DNA of 64,000 bases from Malacoraja senta (Eukaryota). The notes beneath the pieces were generated by a model. That model had not been told where the DNA came from. It saw nothing but the letters and a program-made list of their open reading frames with translations, and ran no database searches. Location of the stretch: positions 808,001 through 872,000 of the forward strand of contig CM075995.1 in the NCBI GenBank assembly GCA_038087875.1. Reading direction: 5' to 3'. The position numbers were made by a program, and so were the translations under genes. Positions 25,210 through 37,232 of this stretch are shown in pieces (position 1 is the first letter of the stretch; each line of letters starts with the position of its first letter).

Positions 25210-26210
25210 AACACAGAAGGCATTTCCTTCCATTGCTACGCAGACGATACACAACTCTATCTCCCCCTGAAGCCCAAAAACCAATCAAATCTGCTTAACC
25301 TTACCCACTGCCTCGAGGATATAAGTGTTGGATGGCCCAGAAACTTCCTCCAACTAAACGAGAGTAAGTCTGAGGTCATCCTTCTCGGCCCCTCGGACTC
25401 AATCAAAATGATAGCAGGCAGCCTTGGAAGCCTTACCCCACTACTCAAACCTCACGTCAAAAACCTTGGCGTGATATTTGACTCAGCACTGAAATTTGAC
25501 AAACAAGTCAATGCCGTGGTAAAAGCTAGCTTCTTTCAGCTTCGGACGATAGCTAAAATAAAACAATTCCTCCAGTTTGATGACCTGGAAAAGATCATCC
25601 ACACATTCATCTCCTCCCGCCTAGATTTACTGCAACTCCCTTTACACTGGCATCAGCCAATCTTCCCTGTCCTGCCTGCAACTGGTCCAAAACGCCGCAG
25701 CGAGACTCCAGACGGGCACCCGAAAAAGGGACCACATCACCCCGATCCTGGCCTCTCTCCACTGGCTCCCTGTGCGGTTCCGTATAAACTTCAAGATCCT
25801 CCTCCATGTCTACAAAGCCCTCAATGGGCTTGCCCCCACCTACATAAAAAGTCTTCTCACCCACCACTCCACCTCCAGGTCCCTCAGATCGTCCGACTTG
25901 GGGTTGCTGAATATCCCACGGTCTAGGCTCAGGGGCGACCGCGCCTTTGCGGTTGCAGCCCCTAGACTGTGGAACAGCATCCCCTTTCCCATCAGAACCG
26001 CCCCCTCCATCGACTCTTTTAAGTCAAGACTAAAGACTTATCTATACTCCCAAGCCTTTCCTGACGTCCTCCGAGTGAGGGCTACATGTATATATGTATG
26101 TAGTTTGTTTTGTTGTGCTATTCTTATAACAAATGTAAAGCACTTTGGCCAACGAGAGTTGTTTTTTTAAATGTGCTATATAAATAAATGTGACTTGACT
26201 TGACTTGACT
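25210..26210 (+). mobile_element. L2-clade LINE 3' fragment (RT domain, frameshifted)
   Basis: FHCYADDTQLY, LQLNESKSE, NLGVIFDS, HWLPV.FRINFKILL, GDRAFAVAAPRLWN. Ends with AATAAA + (GACTT)n. Confidence 0.85.
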
Positions 26211-26266
26211 TTCATCCCACCTGCCTGCACTGGACTTAAACATGAGTCACAAAGGTGAAAGACTTA

Positions 26267-26813
26267 AGGCCCGTCCCACGGGCATGCGACTCCATGCGGC
26301 AAGCGCGACCTAACCGCAAGCGGGGGCCGCGCGGAGGTCGAGTGATCCCCGTACAGGGCCGGTCCCACCAGCATGCGGCTGCATGCGGCAAGCGCTACCA
26401 AATCGGAAGCGGGGGCCACGCGGAGGTCGAGTGACGTCAAGACGGTGCGTACGGCGGCGAGGCGATGCGCACGGCCTCAATGCGGCTGCGGCTGGTGTCG
26501 AGGCGGTGCGCACGGCCTCAATGCGGCTGCATCTGGCGTCGAGGCGGTGCGCACGGCCTCAATGCGGCTGCATCTGGCGTCGAGGCGGTGCGCACGGCCA
26601 CGATGCGGCTGCGGGGCGGCAGGCCGTTGCCGCACGGAATTTTTGAACAGTGTCAGTTTTCCGGAGCCCCGCGCGATGTCGGGACCAGCTCCGCACAACT
26701 CCATGCGGGTCCCGCGATCGAAAGTGGGACCAGCCCCGCGACCTCCGCGCGGCCCCCGCTTGCGGTTAGGTCGCGCTTGCCGCATGGAGTTGCATGCCCG
26801 TGGGACAGGCCCT
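26267..26813. mobile_element. PIF/Harbinger-like MITE, CpG-rich, with internal 41-bp tandem repeat (about 26457-26612)
   Basis: About 70-bp TIRs, TTA TSD, repeat unit GTCGAGGCGGTGCGCACGGCCTCAATGCGGCTGCATCTGGC. Confidence 0.85.
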
Positions 26814-26977
26814 TTATGTCTAATCCAATGTACTATTGAATTACATGCCCGTGAATGCTTGCGCAGCTCCCTGATGTAAACAAATGTGAAGAGTCCTGAC
26901 AATTGGGAAAGACTTTGTGAAGTGTGGTGACTCACTCCGATGTTGGGCCACACTATGCTGAGTCCAGCGGATCAATG

Positions 26978-27745
26978 CGGAGTCCAGAACCAGGGGGTCA
27001 CAGTTTAAGAATAAGGGGTAGGCCATTTAGGACTGAGATGAGGAAAAAACTTTTTCACACACAGAGTTGTGAATCTGTGGAATTCTCTGCCACAGAAGGC
27101 AGTGGAGGCCAATTCATTAGAAGTTTTCAGGAGAGATTTAGCTCTTAGGGCTAAAGAAATCAAGGGATATGGGGAGAAAGCAGCGACGGGGTACTGATTT
27201 TGGATGATCAGCCATGATCATATTGAATGGCGGTGCTGGCTCGAAGGGCCGAATGGCCTACTCCTGCATCTATTTTCTATGTTTCTATGAAGGCTAATCA
27301 TCAACTCCACAAAGAAGTGGCAGGTAGTTGTGCTGCGAGTCAGTGCACGACAAAATTCAGTGTTTACACTCTGCATCCAATAGACAATAGACAATAGGTG
27401 CAGGAGTAGGCCATTCAGCCCTTCGAGCCAGCACCGCCATTCAATGTAATCATGGCTGATCATCCCCAATCAGTACCCCTTTCCTGCCTTCTCCCCATAT
27501 CCTCTGACTCTGCTATCTTTAAGAGCCCTATCTAGCTCTCTCTTGAAAGTATCCGGAGAACCTGCCTCCACCACCCTCTGAGGCAGAGAATTCCACAGAC
27601 TCACAACTCTCTGTGTGAAAAAGTGCTTCCTCATCTCCGTTCTAAATGGCTTACTCCTTATTCTTAAACTGTGGCCCTTGGTTCTGGACTCCCCCAACAT
27701 CGGGAACATGTTTCCTGCCTCTAGCGTGTCCAAACCCTTAATAAT
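26978..27745. mobile_element. Two oppositely oriented CR1-clade tails
   Basis: Plus-strand tail at about 26978-27290 and minus-strand tail at about 27379-27745. Confidence 0.8.
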
Positions 27746-28225
27746 CTCATCTTAATAATCCACATCAGACCACCCCTCGCCAAGTCCATTAACTCTACAA
27801 TTTGTCATTTATTTTGCTCACCTACAAGTCAGGATGCCCCGTAATAACACGAGCTGAGGAAACGGATATATCTTGCAGATAGACACAAAATGTTGGAGTA
27901 ACTCAGCGGGTCTGGCAGCATATCTGGAGAGAAAGAATGGGGTCGAGACCCTTCATCAGTTTAAAGGAGATGAGGGAGGCATTTTATTTCACACACAGAG
28001 GGTGATGAGTCCTGGAACGCCCTACTGGGGGCGGTGGTGGAAGCTGATGTGATAGTGGTATTTCAGAGGCTTGTAGGTAGATAGACAGACATGGATAGGC
28101 AAGGAATGGAGGGATGGTGATTACGTGCAGGCAGATAAGACACATCATGTTCGGCACAGACATTGTGGCCCATTGTGATCTGTACGGTTATACACTCTTA
28201 TGGAAGACACACAATGCTGGAGTAA

Positions 28226-28451
28226 AGGGCCTGTCCCACTTTCACGACCTAATTCACGACCTTTTTTACTCGTGGACATTTTTCATCATGTTGAAAAAAC
28301 ACCCCGACCTACTTGATGCCACGAGTACCTACGACTAGCATCGCGACCTGCTACGACCTACCTACGACCTCCTACGACCATGCTGCGAGTATGAGTCAAG
28401 GGCAAACTCGGCAGAGGTGGCGAATTAGGTCATGAAAGTGGGACAGGCCCT
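28226..28451. mobile_element. PIF/Harbinger-like MITE
   Basis: TIR AGGGCCTGTCCCACTTTCA; TAA TSD at 28223-28225 / 28452-28454. Confidence 0.85.
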
Positions 28452-29274
28452 TAACTCAGCGGGGCAGGCAGCATCTCTGGACAGAAGGGATGAGTGCCGT
28501 TTTGGGTCCAGACCCCGAAACATCACCCATCATGCACAATTGTAAGCCCAATGTACCAAACTCCCCAAAATGCAACAGGTCGGACTTATCTGCACAAGGA
28601 ACTTCAGATGCTGGAATCTTGTGTAAAATGCAAAGTGCTGGAGTAACTTAACTGGTCAGGCAGGTCAGGCAATCCCCAAGTGATAGGTTCCATTGAAATA
28701 CTCCAGCAGTTTGTGTTTTATTAAAACAGTGCTTTTCTTAATTTAATCTTCCTGCCTTCTCCCCATAACCCCTGACACCCGTACTAATCAAGAATCTGTC
28801 CATCTCTGGTTACGGGGAGAAGGCAGGAGAATGGGGTTGAGGGAGAGATAGATCAGCCATGATTGAATGGCGGAGTAGACTCGATGGGTCGAATGGCCTA
28901 ATTCTGCTCAATGACTAATTAACTCATTATTCCTCAACTGCCTTGGTGGTGATTTTAAACCTTGGTCGAACACTGGCAGTGACTTAACCGCTATGCTGTA
29001 AGGGCCCTATATTTATACTTATTATCACTGTGGAAGAACTCAATGAGCAGAAATCTGAATTTAGTACACTGTCACTACATCTACACATTGTTAGTATCTT
29101 TGCTCTGCTGTCTGCTGGAGGCTGACACATCGTTCCACATCGCAACGAATTAACACAAAAAGATAGACACAAAATGCTGGAGTTACCAGCATTTAATACT
29201 CCAGCATTAACCCAATCGTTCCTGGGATCGTTCTCGTAAACCTCCTCTGGACCCTCGCCAATGCCAGCACATCT

Positions 29275-30000
29275 CACTTAGGACCGAGATGAGCAAAAAC
29301 GTTTTTCACCCAGAGAGTTGTGAATCTGTGGAATTCTCTGCCACAGAAGGCAGTGGAGGCCGATTCACCGGATGTTTTCAAGTGAGAGTTAGATTTAGCT
29401 CTTAGGGCTAACGGAATCAAAGGGTATCAGCACTGTCAAATGTTGAGAGAATGGAGCGGCTGGGCTTGTACTCTCTGGAATTTAGAAGCATGAGAGGGAA
29501 TCTTATTGAAACATATAAGATTATTAAGGGTATGGACACCCTAGAGGCAGGAAACATGTTCCCGATATTGGGGGAGTCCAGAACGAGAGGCCACGGTTTA
29601 AGAATAAGGGGTAAGCCATTGAGAACGGAGATGAGGAAACACTTTTTCACACAGAGAGTTGTGAGTCTGTGGAATTCTCTGCCTCAGAGGGCGGTGGAGG
29701 CAGGTTCTCTGGATACTTTCAGGAGAGAGCTAGATAGGGCTCTTAAAGATAGTCAGGGGAAATGGGGAGAAGGCAGGAACGGGGTACTAATTGGGGATGA
29801 TCAGCCATGATCACATTGAATGGCGGTGCTGGCTCGAAGGGCCGAATGGCCAACTCCCTGCACCTATTGTCTATTGTCTAAAGCAGGAACGGGGTACAGA
29901 TTTTGTATGATCAGCCATGATCACATTGAATGGCGGTGCTGGCTTGAATGGCCGAATGACCTACTCCTGCACCTATTTTCTTTGATTCTATGTCTATGTT
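29275..30000 (+). mobile_element. Nested CR1-clade LINE 3' fragments
   Basis: ERLGLYSLEFR...RTRGH...WNSLP, with duplicated tails. Confidence 0.85.
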
Positions 30001-31936
30001 TCTCTCCTTGGTTTAGTTTAGTTTAGAGATACAGCGCGGAAACAGGCTATCGGCCCACCGAGACCGCACCAACCAGCGATCCCCGCACACTAACTCTATC
30101 CTACACACACTAGGGACAATAGATCGGGTGGATGCACAGAGTCTCTTGCCCAGATGAATCAAGGTGAATCAAGGACTAGATGACATAGGTTTAAGGTGAA
30201 GGGGAAAAGATTTAATAGGAATCTGAGGGGTAACTTTTTGTATGGAACAACCTGCCAGAGGAGGTAGTTGAGGCAGGGACTATTCCAACGTTTAAGAAAC
30301 AGTTAGACAGGTACATGGATAGGACAGGTTTGGAGATTTATGGACCGATGGGACTAGTGTAGCTGGGACATTGTTGGTCGTCGTGGGCAAGTTGGGCCGA
30401 AGGGCCTGTTTCCACATTGTATCACTCTAAGATTCTCTTCACCCAGCTTAAGATTTGACTTGACGTGGGCAATTATCTTTATCCACTTGACATGTCAGCA
30501 AATAATTTTTGTTCAATTTCTTTTGTAATTGAAAAATATGCCAAGTATATCCATCTATTCTTCAGTGTATTGGTGAAGCATATTGGTTGTACAATTAAGA
30601 GACAATTTAAACCTAATTATAATTGTGTTGGCATTAATCTTTTTTTTAGTAAATCATATCATATTTTAGGCTGTAGAGATACGTGCCGAGACCGTGCCGA
30701 CCAGTGATTACCCTGTACATTAGTTCTGTCGTACACACAAAGGACAATTTATAATTTTACCGAAGTCAATTCGCTTCGTAAGTGATAGAAACATAGAGAC
30801 ATAGAAAATAGGTGCAGGAGGAGGCCATTCGGACCTTCGAGCCAGCACCGCCATTCATTGTGATCACGGCTGATCGTCCCCAATCAATAACCCGTGCCTG
30901 CCTTCTCCCCATATCCCTTGACTCCATTAGCCCCCAGAGCTCTGTCTAACTCTCTCTTAAATCCATCCAGTGATTTGGCCTCCACCACCCTCTGTCGAAG
31001 GGCCGAATTAGGCCATTCGGCCCATCAAGTACCATTCAATCATGGCTGATCTATCTTTCCCTCTTGACCCCATTCTCCTGCCTATCAACCTGCACATCTT
31101 TGGAGTGTGGGAAGAAACCGGAGCACCCGGAGAAAACCCAAGCGGTCACAGGGAGGAGGTACAAACTCCGTAGAGACAGCACCCGTAGTCGGGATCGAAC
31201 CCGGGTATCTGGCGCTGTGAGGCAGAAACTCTACCGCTGCGCCACCGTGCCGCCGAAAGTCATGCAATGGAAGGAAGGACCACACGACTATAATAAGCTG
31301 ATGTATCACAACAGTTTGGTCATCGTGGTTTCGAGCTTGGAGATTTTTCAAAGCCTAGCCAATGCTGTACTGAGAAAAAAGCTCATGAAAGGATACAAGT
31401 GCTGGAGTAACTCAACCAGTCAGGCAGCATCTCTGGAGAACATGGATAGGCGACGTTTCGGGCCGAGACCCTTCTTCAGACTGAGAGTCCAAAACAGTAG
31501 TCTGATACCGAGGCAGCACAGAAGCGCAGCGGTCGAGTTGCTGCCTTACAGCGCCAGGGACCCGGGTTCAATCCTGATTATGGGTGCTGTCTGTACGGAG
31601 TTTGTACGTTCTCCCCGTGACTGCGTGGGTTTTCGCCCGGTGCTCCGGTTTCCTCCCACATTCCAAAGACGCGCAGGTTTGTAGATTAATTGGTTTCAGT
31701 AAAATCATAAATTGGTCCCTAATGTGTAGGATAGAGCTAGTGTACGGGGATCGCTGGTCGGCGCGGACTCAGTGGGCCAAAGGGCCTGTTTCCACACTAT
31801 GTCTCTAAACTAAACTAAATTAATAGTATATAATGGCGCATACAATTTTATCAGGATGAAGTGTACTTTAAATATCTCCGTGGCAACAATCACATCTAAG
31901 AGTTCCCAATGAGCCCACTTCTTAAAATCTAATGAT

Positions 31937-32466
31937 GACAAAAATGCTGGAGAAACTCAGCGGGTGAGGCAGCATCTATGGAGCGAAGGAACAGGTGATG
32001 TTTCGGGTCGAGACCCGTCTTCACTTCTCCGCTCAGTTCGCAATAACCAACCTGATCTCCCGGTGGCTCAGCACTTCAACTCCCCCTCCCATTCCGAATC
32101 CGACCTTTCTGTCCTGGGCCTTCTCCATGGCCAGAGTGAGTCCCACTGCAAATTGGAGGAGCAGCACCTCATATTTCGCTTGGGTAGTTTATACCCCAGT
32201 GGTATGAACATTGACTTCTCCAATTTCAGGTAGTCCTTGCATTCTCCCTCCTTCCCCTCCCCTTCCCAGCTCTCCCACAGCCCACTGTCTCCACCTCTTC
32301 CTTTCTTCTTCCCGCCTCCCCCGCCCCCCACCCCCACAATAGTCTGAAGAAGGGTCTCGACCCGAAACGTCGCCTATTCCTTCGCTCCATAGATGCTGCC
32401 TCATCCGCTGAGTTTCTCCAGCATTTCTGTCCACCTTCGATTTTTCCAGCATCTGCAGTTCTTTCT
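31937..32466 (+). mobile_element. Penelope-like 3' fragment with inverted terminal-repeat copy
   Basis: Inverted tail at 31937-32022, GIY-YIG C-terminus (VAQHFNSPSH...PSGMNIDF), tail at 32341-32466. Flanked by direct repeat TTCTTAAAATCTAATGATG. Confidence 0.85.
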
Positions 32467-34042
32467 TAAAATCTAATGATGGTCTTTAGTTTGACACGAG
32501 GAATTGGGGAAACTGGTCTACAAAAACAGACAAAGTGGTGGAGTGACTCAACGGGTCAAGCAGTATCTCAGTAGGACATGGATTGGTGAGATTTTGGATC
32601 GGGACCCTTCTTCAGACTGATTGGAGCGTGTGGGGGGGGGGGGGAAGATCTCTGGAAGAGAGGTGGAGGTGGGACAAAGTCTAGCAAGTGATAGGTGGAT
32701 ACTGATGGGGGGGGGAGGGTTGATTGGTAGATTGTTAGAGTAAGTGACAAAGGCCAAAGGAAAAGGATGAAAAGATGTCAGCTAAGGAGAGAAGGGGAGT
32801 GAAGTAAGTGTTGTCCATTCAGGACAGAGATGAAGTGAAATGTTTACCGTCACGGGCACATTAGCCTTTGGAAAACTCTTTCACACAATATATCTTTTTT
32901 AATTCATAGGTATTGAGGTTTTTTGAAAAACAAGAAAGTGAATAAATTATTTAGTTTAGTTTAGAGATACAGCGTGGAAACAGGCCCTTCGGCCCACGGA
33001 GTCCGCGCCGACCAGCGAAACCCAAACATTAACACCATCCCCCACACAGTCGGGACAATTTTACATTTGTACCAAGCCAATTAACCTACAAACCAGTACG
33101 TCTTTGGAGTGTTGGAGAAAACCGAAGATCTCGGCGAAAATCCATGCAGGTCACAGTGAGAGCGTACAAACTCCATACAGAAAGCACCCGTAGTCGGGAT
33201 CAGATCGAACCGGGGTCTCTGGCGCTGTAAACGCTGTAAGGCAGCAAATCTACCGCTGCGCCACCATGCCGGTAGCCCTGACCCAATATGTCACCCATCA
33301 AGTCTACTCCGCCATTAAACCATGGCTGACCTATCTTTCCCTCTCAACTTCATTCTCCTGCCTTCTCTCCATAACCCCTGACAACCATACTAATCAAGTA
33401 TCTGTTAAACTCCACCTTAAAAATATCCATCGACTTGGCCTCCACAGCCTTCTGTGGCGAAGAATTCCACAGATTCACCACCCTCTTATTAAAGAAATTC
33501 CTCCTCATCTTTCTAAAGGTGCGCCTTCTATTCTGAAGCGATGGCCTCTGGTCCTAGATTCTGCCACTAATGGAAACAGCTTAAAGAATGTCAATAGACA
33601 ATAGACAATAGGTGCAGGAGTAGGCCATTCGGCCCTTCGAGTCAGCACCACTATTCAATGTGATCATGGCTGATCATCCCCAATCAGTACCCTGTTCCTG
33701 CCTTCTCCCCATATCCCCTGACTCCGCTATCTTTAAGAGCCCTATCTAGCTCTCTCTTGAATGTCCCCAGAACTGTTCCAGCTTTGAATAGCTTCAGTAC
33801 AACTTGGATGAAGTGTGCGTTTTAAACTTCACAATAAAAGATTAAGTTACATGTTGTCAGGCTTGAAAGGGTTCAGAGAAGAGTTACGAGAATATTGCCA
33901 GGACTCGCGGGTCAGATCTATAGGGAGAGTTTGAGCAGGCTGGTATTCATCAGTCAGAGTATTGAGTAGAGAAGTTGGGAGGCCATGTTGCAGTTATATA
34001 AGAGTTGGTGAGGCCTCATTTAGAGTATTGTGTTCAGTTCTG

Positions 34043-34228
34043 GGTGTGGAGGAGGGGTGTGTGTGGGAGGGGGTGTGTGGGGGAGGGGTGTGTGTGGGGA
34101 GGGGATAGGTGGGGGAGGAATGTGGGGGAGGGGGGTGTGGCAGAGGGGGGTGTGGCAGAGGGGGTGTTTGGTGGAGGGGGAGTTTGGTGGAGGGGGTCTG
34201 TGGGGGACGGGGTGTGGGGGAGGGGGAA
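34043..34228 (+). repeat. G-rich low-complexity tract (GGGGTGT-like), G-quadruplex-prone
   Basis: Many G3-G6 runs with short spacers. Confidence 0.85.
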
Positions 34229-35841
34229 ACTTGAAAACCTTCATAACGTTTGTACTATTTCACCGATCGGAACAAAACTTATTTGACTTGCAGCAGAGGA
34301 AAATGGTGAGTAAGGTGGCGAAAAATCATAGCGCTATGGGGGGGTCGTTTTTGTGCAAATTTAATTACAACGCAGACAGGAAGTGGTCAAGATGAGAGTT
34401 TTAGTGACAGACAAACAGACAGACAGACAGGGCAAAAGCAGGCAGGTGGGACTATAGATGGTGGGCGTTGGCATGTTGGGCTGAAGGGCCTGTTTCCACA
34501 CTCTATGCCTCTATGACTATTACATGCGGGCAAGGCTGCTATGTAGTTTCTTATTCTATTTTAAAGCTAGAAAATATATCCTCTCATTCTGAATCTTTCA
34601 CCAGCAGCTAGCAGAACACTGGACATTCATTTTGTGAAGCACATTCGTTTTTCTTTAGACAGATTTATGTGCAAACGTAATTTAAATTGGTGTTGTCTTC
34701 CTTAAAATAGACACTACTATTATCCCCCCCTCCCCCCCTGCTAATTTCAGTCTGAAGAAGGGTTACGATCTGAAACGTCACCCAACCTTTTCCTCCTGCT
34801 GAGTTACTCCAGCACTTTGTGTCTACCTTCGGTATAAACCAGCATCTGCAGTTCCTTGCGACATTATTACCCTCTTACAGGGGAATAGAGTGGGTAAATA
34901 GATTTACTCAGAGTAGGGGAATCAAGAACCATAGATTTAAGGTGAGAGGGGAAAGATTTAATAGGAACCCGAGGAGCAACTTTTTTCGCACAGTGGGTGA
35001 TGGGTGTATGGAACGAGCTATCAGAGGAGCCAGTTGAGGCAGGTACTATAACAGCATTTAAAAGGCATTTGGACAGGAAATATTTCGAACACGGGCAGGT
35101 GGGACTAGTAGATGGGGCATGTGTAGGAAGGAACCGCAGATGCTGGTTTAAACCGAAGATAGCCACAAAAAACTGGAATAACTCAGCGGGACAGGCACAT
35201 TGATTTAAGAGGCTTGTAGGGAATGGAGGGATGGTGATTACATGCTGGCAGATAAGAAACATCATGTTCGCACACACATTGTGGGCCAAAGGGCTTGTCC
35301 TGTGCCGTACGCTCTTATACACTCTTATGGTAGACACAAAATGCTGGAGTAACTCAGCGGGACAGGCAGCATCTCTGGAGAGACGGAATGGGTGACGTTT
35401 CGGGTCGAGACCCTTCTTCAGACTAGAGTACAAAGAATGGATGTGAAAGTGGGATAACATTACTAAACGGGTGATTAATGATCAGCATGGGCTCAGTGGG
35501 CCGAAGGGCCTGTTTCCATGCTGTATCTCTACCCTAAACCAAACACACAAGTTGACCAAACGACCTTTAGTGGAAATGTGTAGGAAGGAACATAGAAACA
35601 TAGAAACATAGAAAATAGGTGCAGGAGTAGGCCATTCGGCCCTTCGAGCCTGCACCGCCATTCAATATGATCATGGCTGATCATCCAACTCAGTATCCCA
35701 TACCTGCCTTCTCTCGATACCCCCTGATCCCTTTAGCCCCAAGGGCCACATCTAACTCCCTCTTAAATATAGCCAATGAGTTTCTCCAGCATTTTTCATT
35801 TGCTGGTTCACACCGAAGATAGACACACAATGTTGGAGTAA

Positions 35842-36149
35842 AGGGCCTGTCCCACTGTACGAGGTAATTCAAGAGTTCTCCCGTGTTTCCCCTGATTCGA
35901 ACTCGGAGAATTACGGTAATAGCCGCTCATAGGTACTCGGGGCTCTCGTGGACATTTTTCACAGTGTTGAAAAAACTTCACGAGTTTCCGCGTTTCCCGA
36001 GTACCTGCCGTTAGCGTTACGAGCTCCCATGGGACATCTACGAGCTCCGACGTAGCCGCTACGTACATTCTACGTAGTTACCACGAGTTTGATTTTTTTT
36101 TTAAACTAGGGAGAGCTCTTGAATTACCTCGTACAGTGGGACAGCCCCT
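35842..36149. mobile_element. PIF/Harbinger-like MITE
   Basis: About 40-bp TIR AGGGCCTGTCCCACTGTACGAGGTAATTCAAGAG; TAA TSD. Confidence 0.85.
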
Positions 36150-36435
36150 TAACTCAGCGGGCTATCTTCGGTGTTTGTCCAGCTGTGTTACTCCAGCATT
36201 TTAGTCTCAACCTTTAGTGGAAGCCTGTTGTATCTCTGATCCGCTAAGACTCGCAAGTTGGTCGCACACAGCAAGCCCAGTGTTCAGGCCCCCTGCTAGT
36301 GCTGCGATACGGATACAACGGCTGAGGAAATGTAACTAATACTCTGCTGTTTCTCCGTTACTGTTCGTGGCGACAGTCGGGCGTTCATCGTCACAGACAC
36401 CTTGCCGTCTACACATAAACGTTTCATAATAATAA

Positions 36436-37232
36436 ATGTGGATAAATGTGAGGTTATCCACTTTGGTCGCAAAAACAGGAAGGCAGATTATTATCTAAAC
36501 GGTGTCAAGTTGGGAAAAGGGGAAGTACAATGGGATCTGGGGGTCCTTGTTCATCAGTCTATGAATGTAAGCATGGATGTACAGCAGGCAGTGAAGAAAG
36601 CGAATGGCATGTTGGCCTTCATAACAAGAGGAGTTGAGTGTTAGAGCAAGGAGGTCCTTCTGCAGTTGTACAGGGCCCTAATAAGACCACACCTGGAGTA
36701 TTGTGCGCAGTTTTGGTCTCCAAATTTGAGGAAGGACATTCTTGCTATTGAGGGAGTGCAGCGTAGGTTCACAAGGCTAATTCCCAGGATGGCGGGTCTG
36801 TCATACGCTGAGAGAATGGAGCGGCTGGGCTTGTATACTCTGGAATTTAGAAGGATGAGAGGAGATCTTATTGAAACATATACGATTATTAAGGGTTTGG
36901 ACACTTTAGAGGCAGGAAACATGTTCCTGATGTTGGGGGAGTCCAGAACCAGGGGCCACAGTTTAAGAATGAGGGGTAAGCCATTAAGAACGGAGATGAG
37001 GAACCACTTTTTCATACAGAGTGGTGAGTCTGTGGAATTCTCTGCCTCAGAGGGTGGTGGAGGCCAGTTCTCTGGATACTTTCAAGAGAGAGCTAGATAG
37101 GGCTCTTGAAGATAGCGGAGTCAGGGGATATGGGGAGAAGACAGGAACGGGTACTGATTGTGGATGATCAGCCATGATCACATTGAATGGCGGTGCTGGC
37201 TCGAATGGCCAACTCCTGCACCTATTGTCTAT
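36436..37232 (+). mobile_element. CR1-clade (HER1-like) LINE 3' fragment
   Basis: [40 protein letters not shown] motifs with a (CTATTGT)n tail; frameshifted. Confidence 0.9.

Noticed and set aside
25168..26170. Possible intact or domesticated reverse transcriptase gene
   Set aside because: 5'-truncated, frameshifted L2 fragment. No full-length autonomous element of any family is present in the window.
26310..26953. Several long overlapping GC-rich ORFs
   Set aside because: They arise from a CpG-rich MITE with a 41-bp tandem repeat and have no protein motif.
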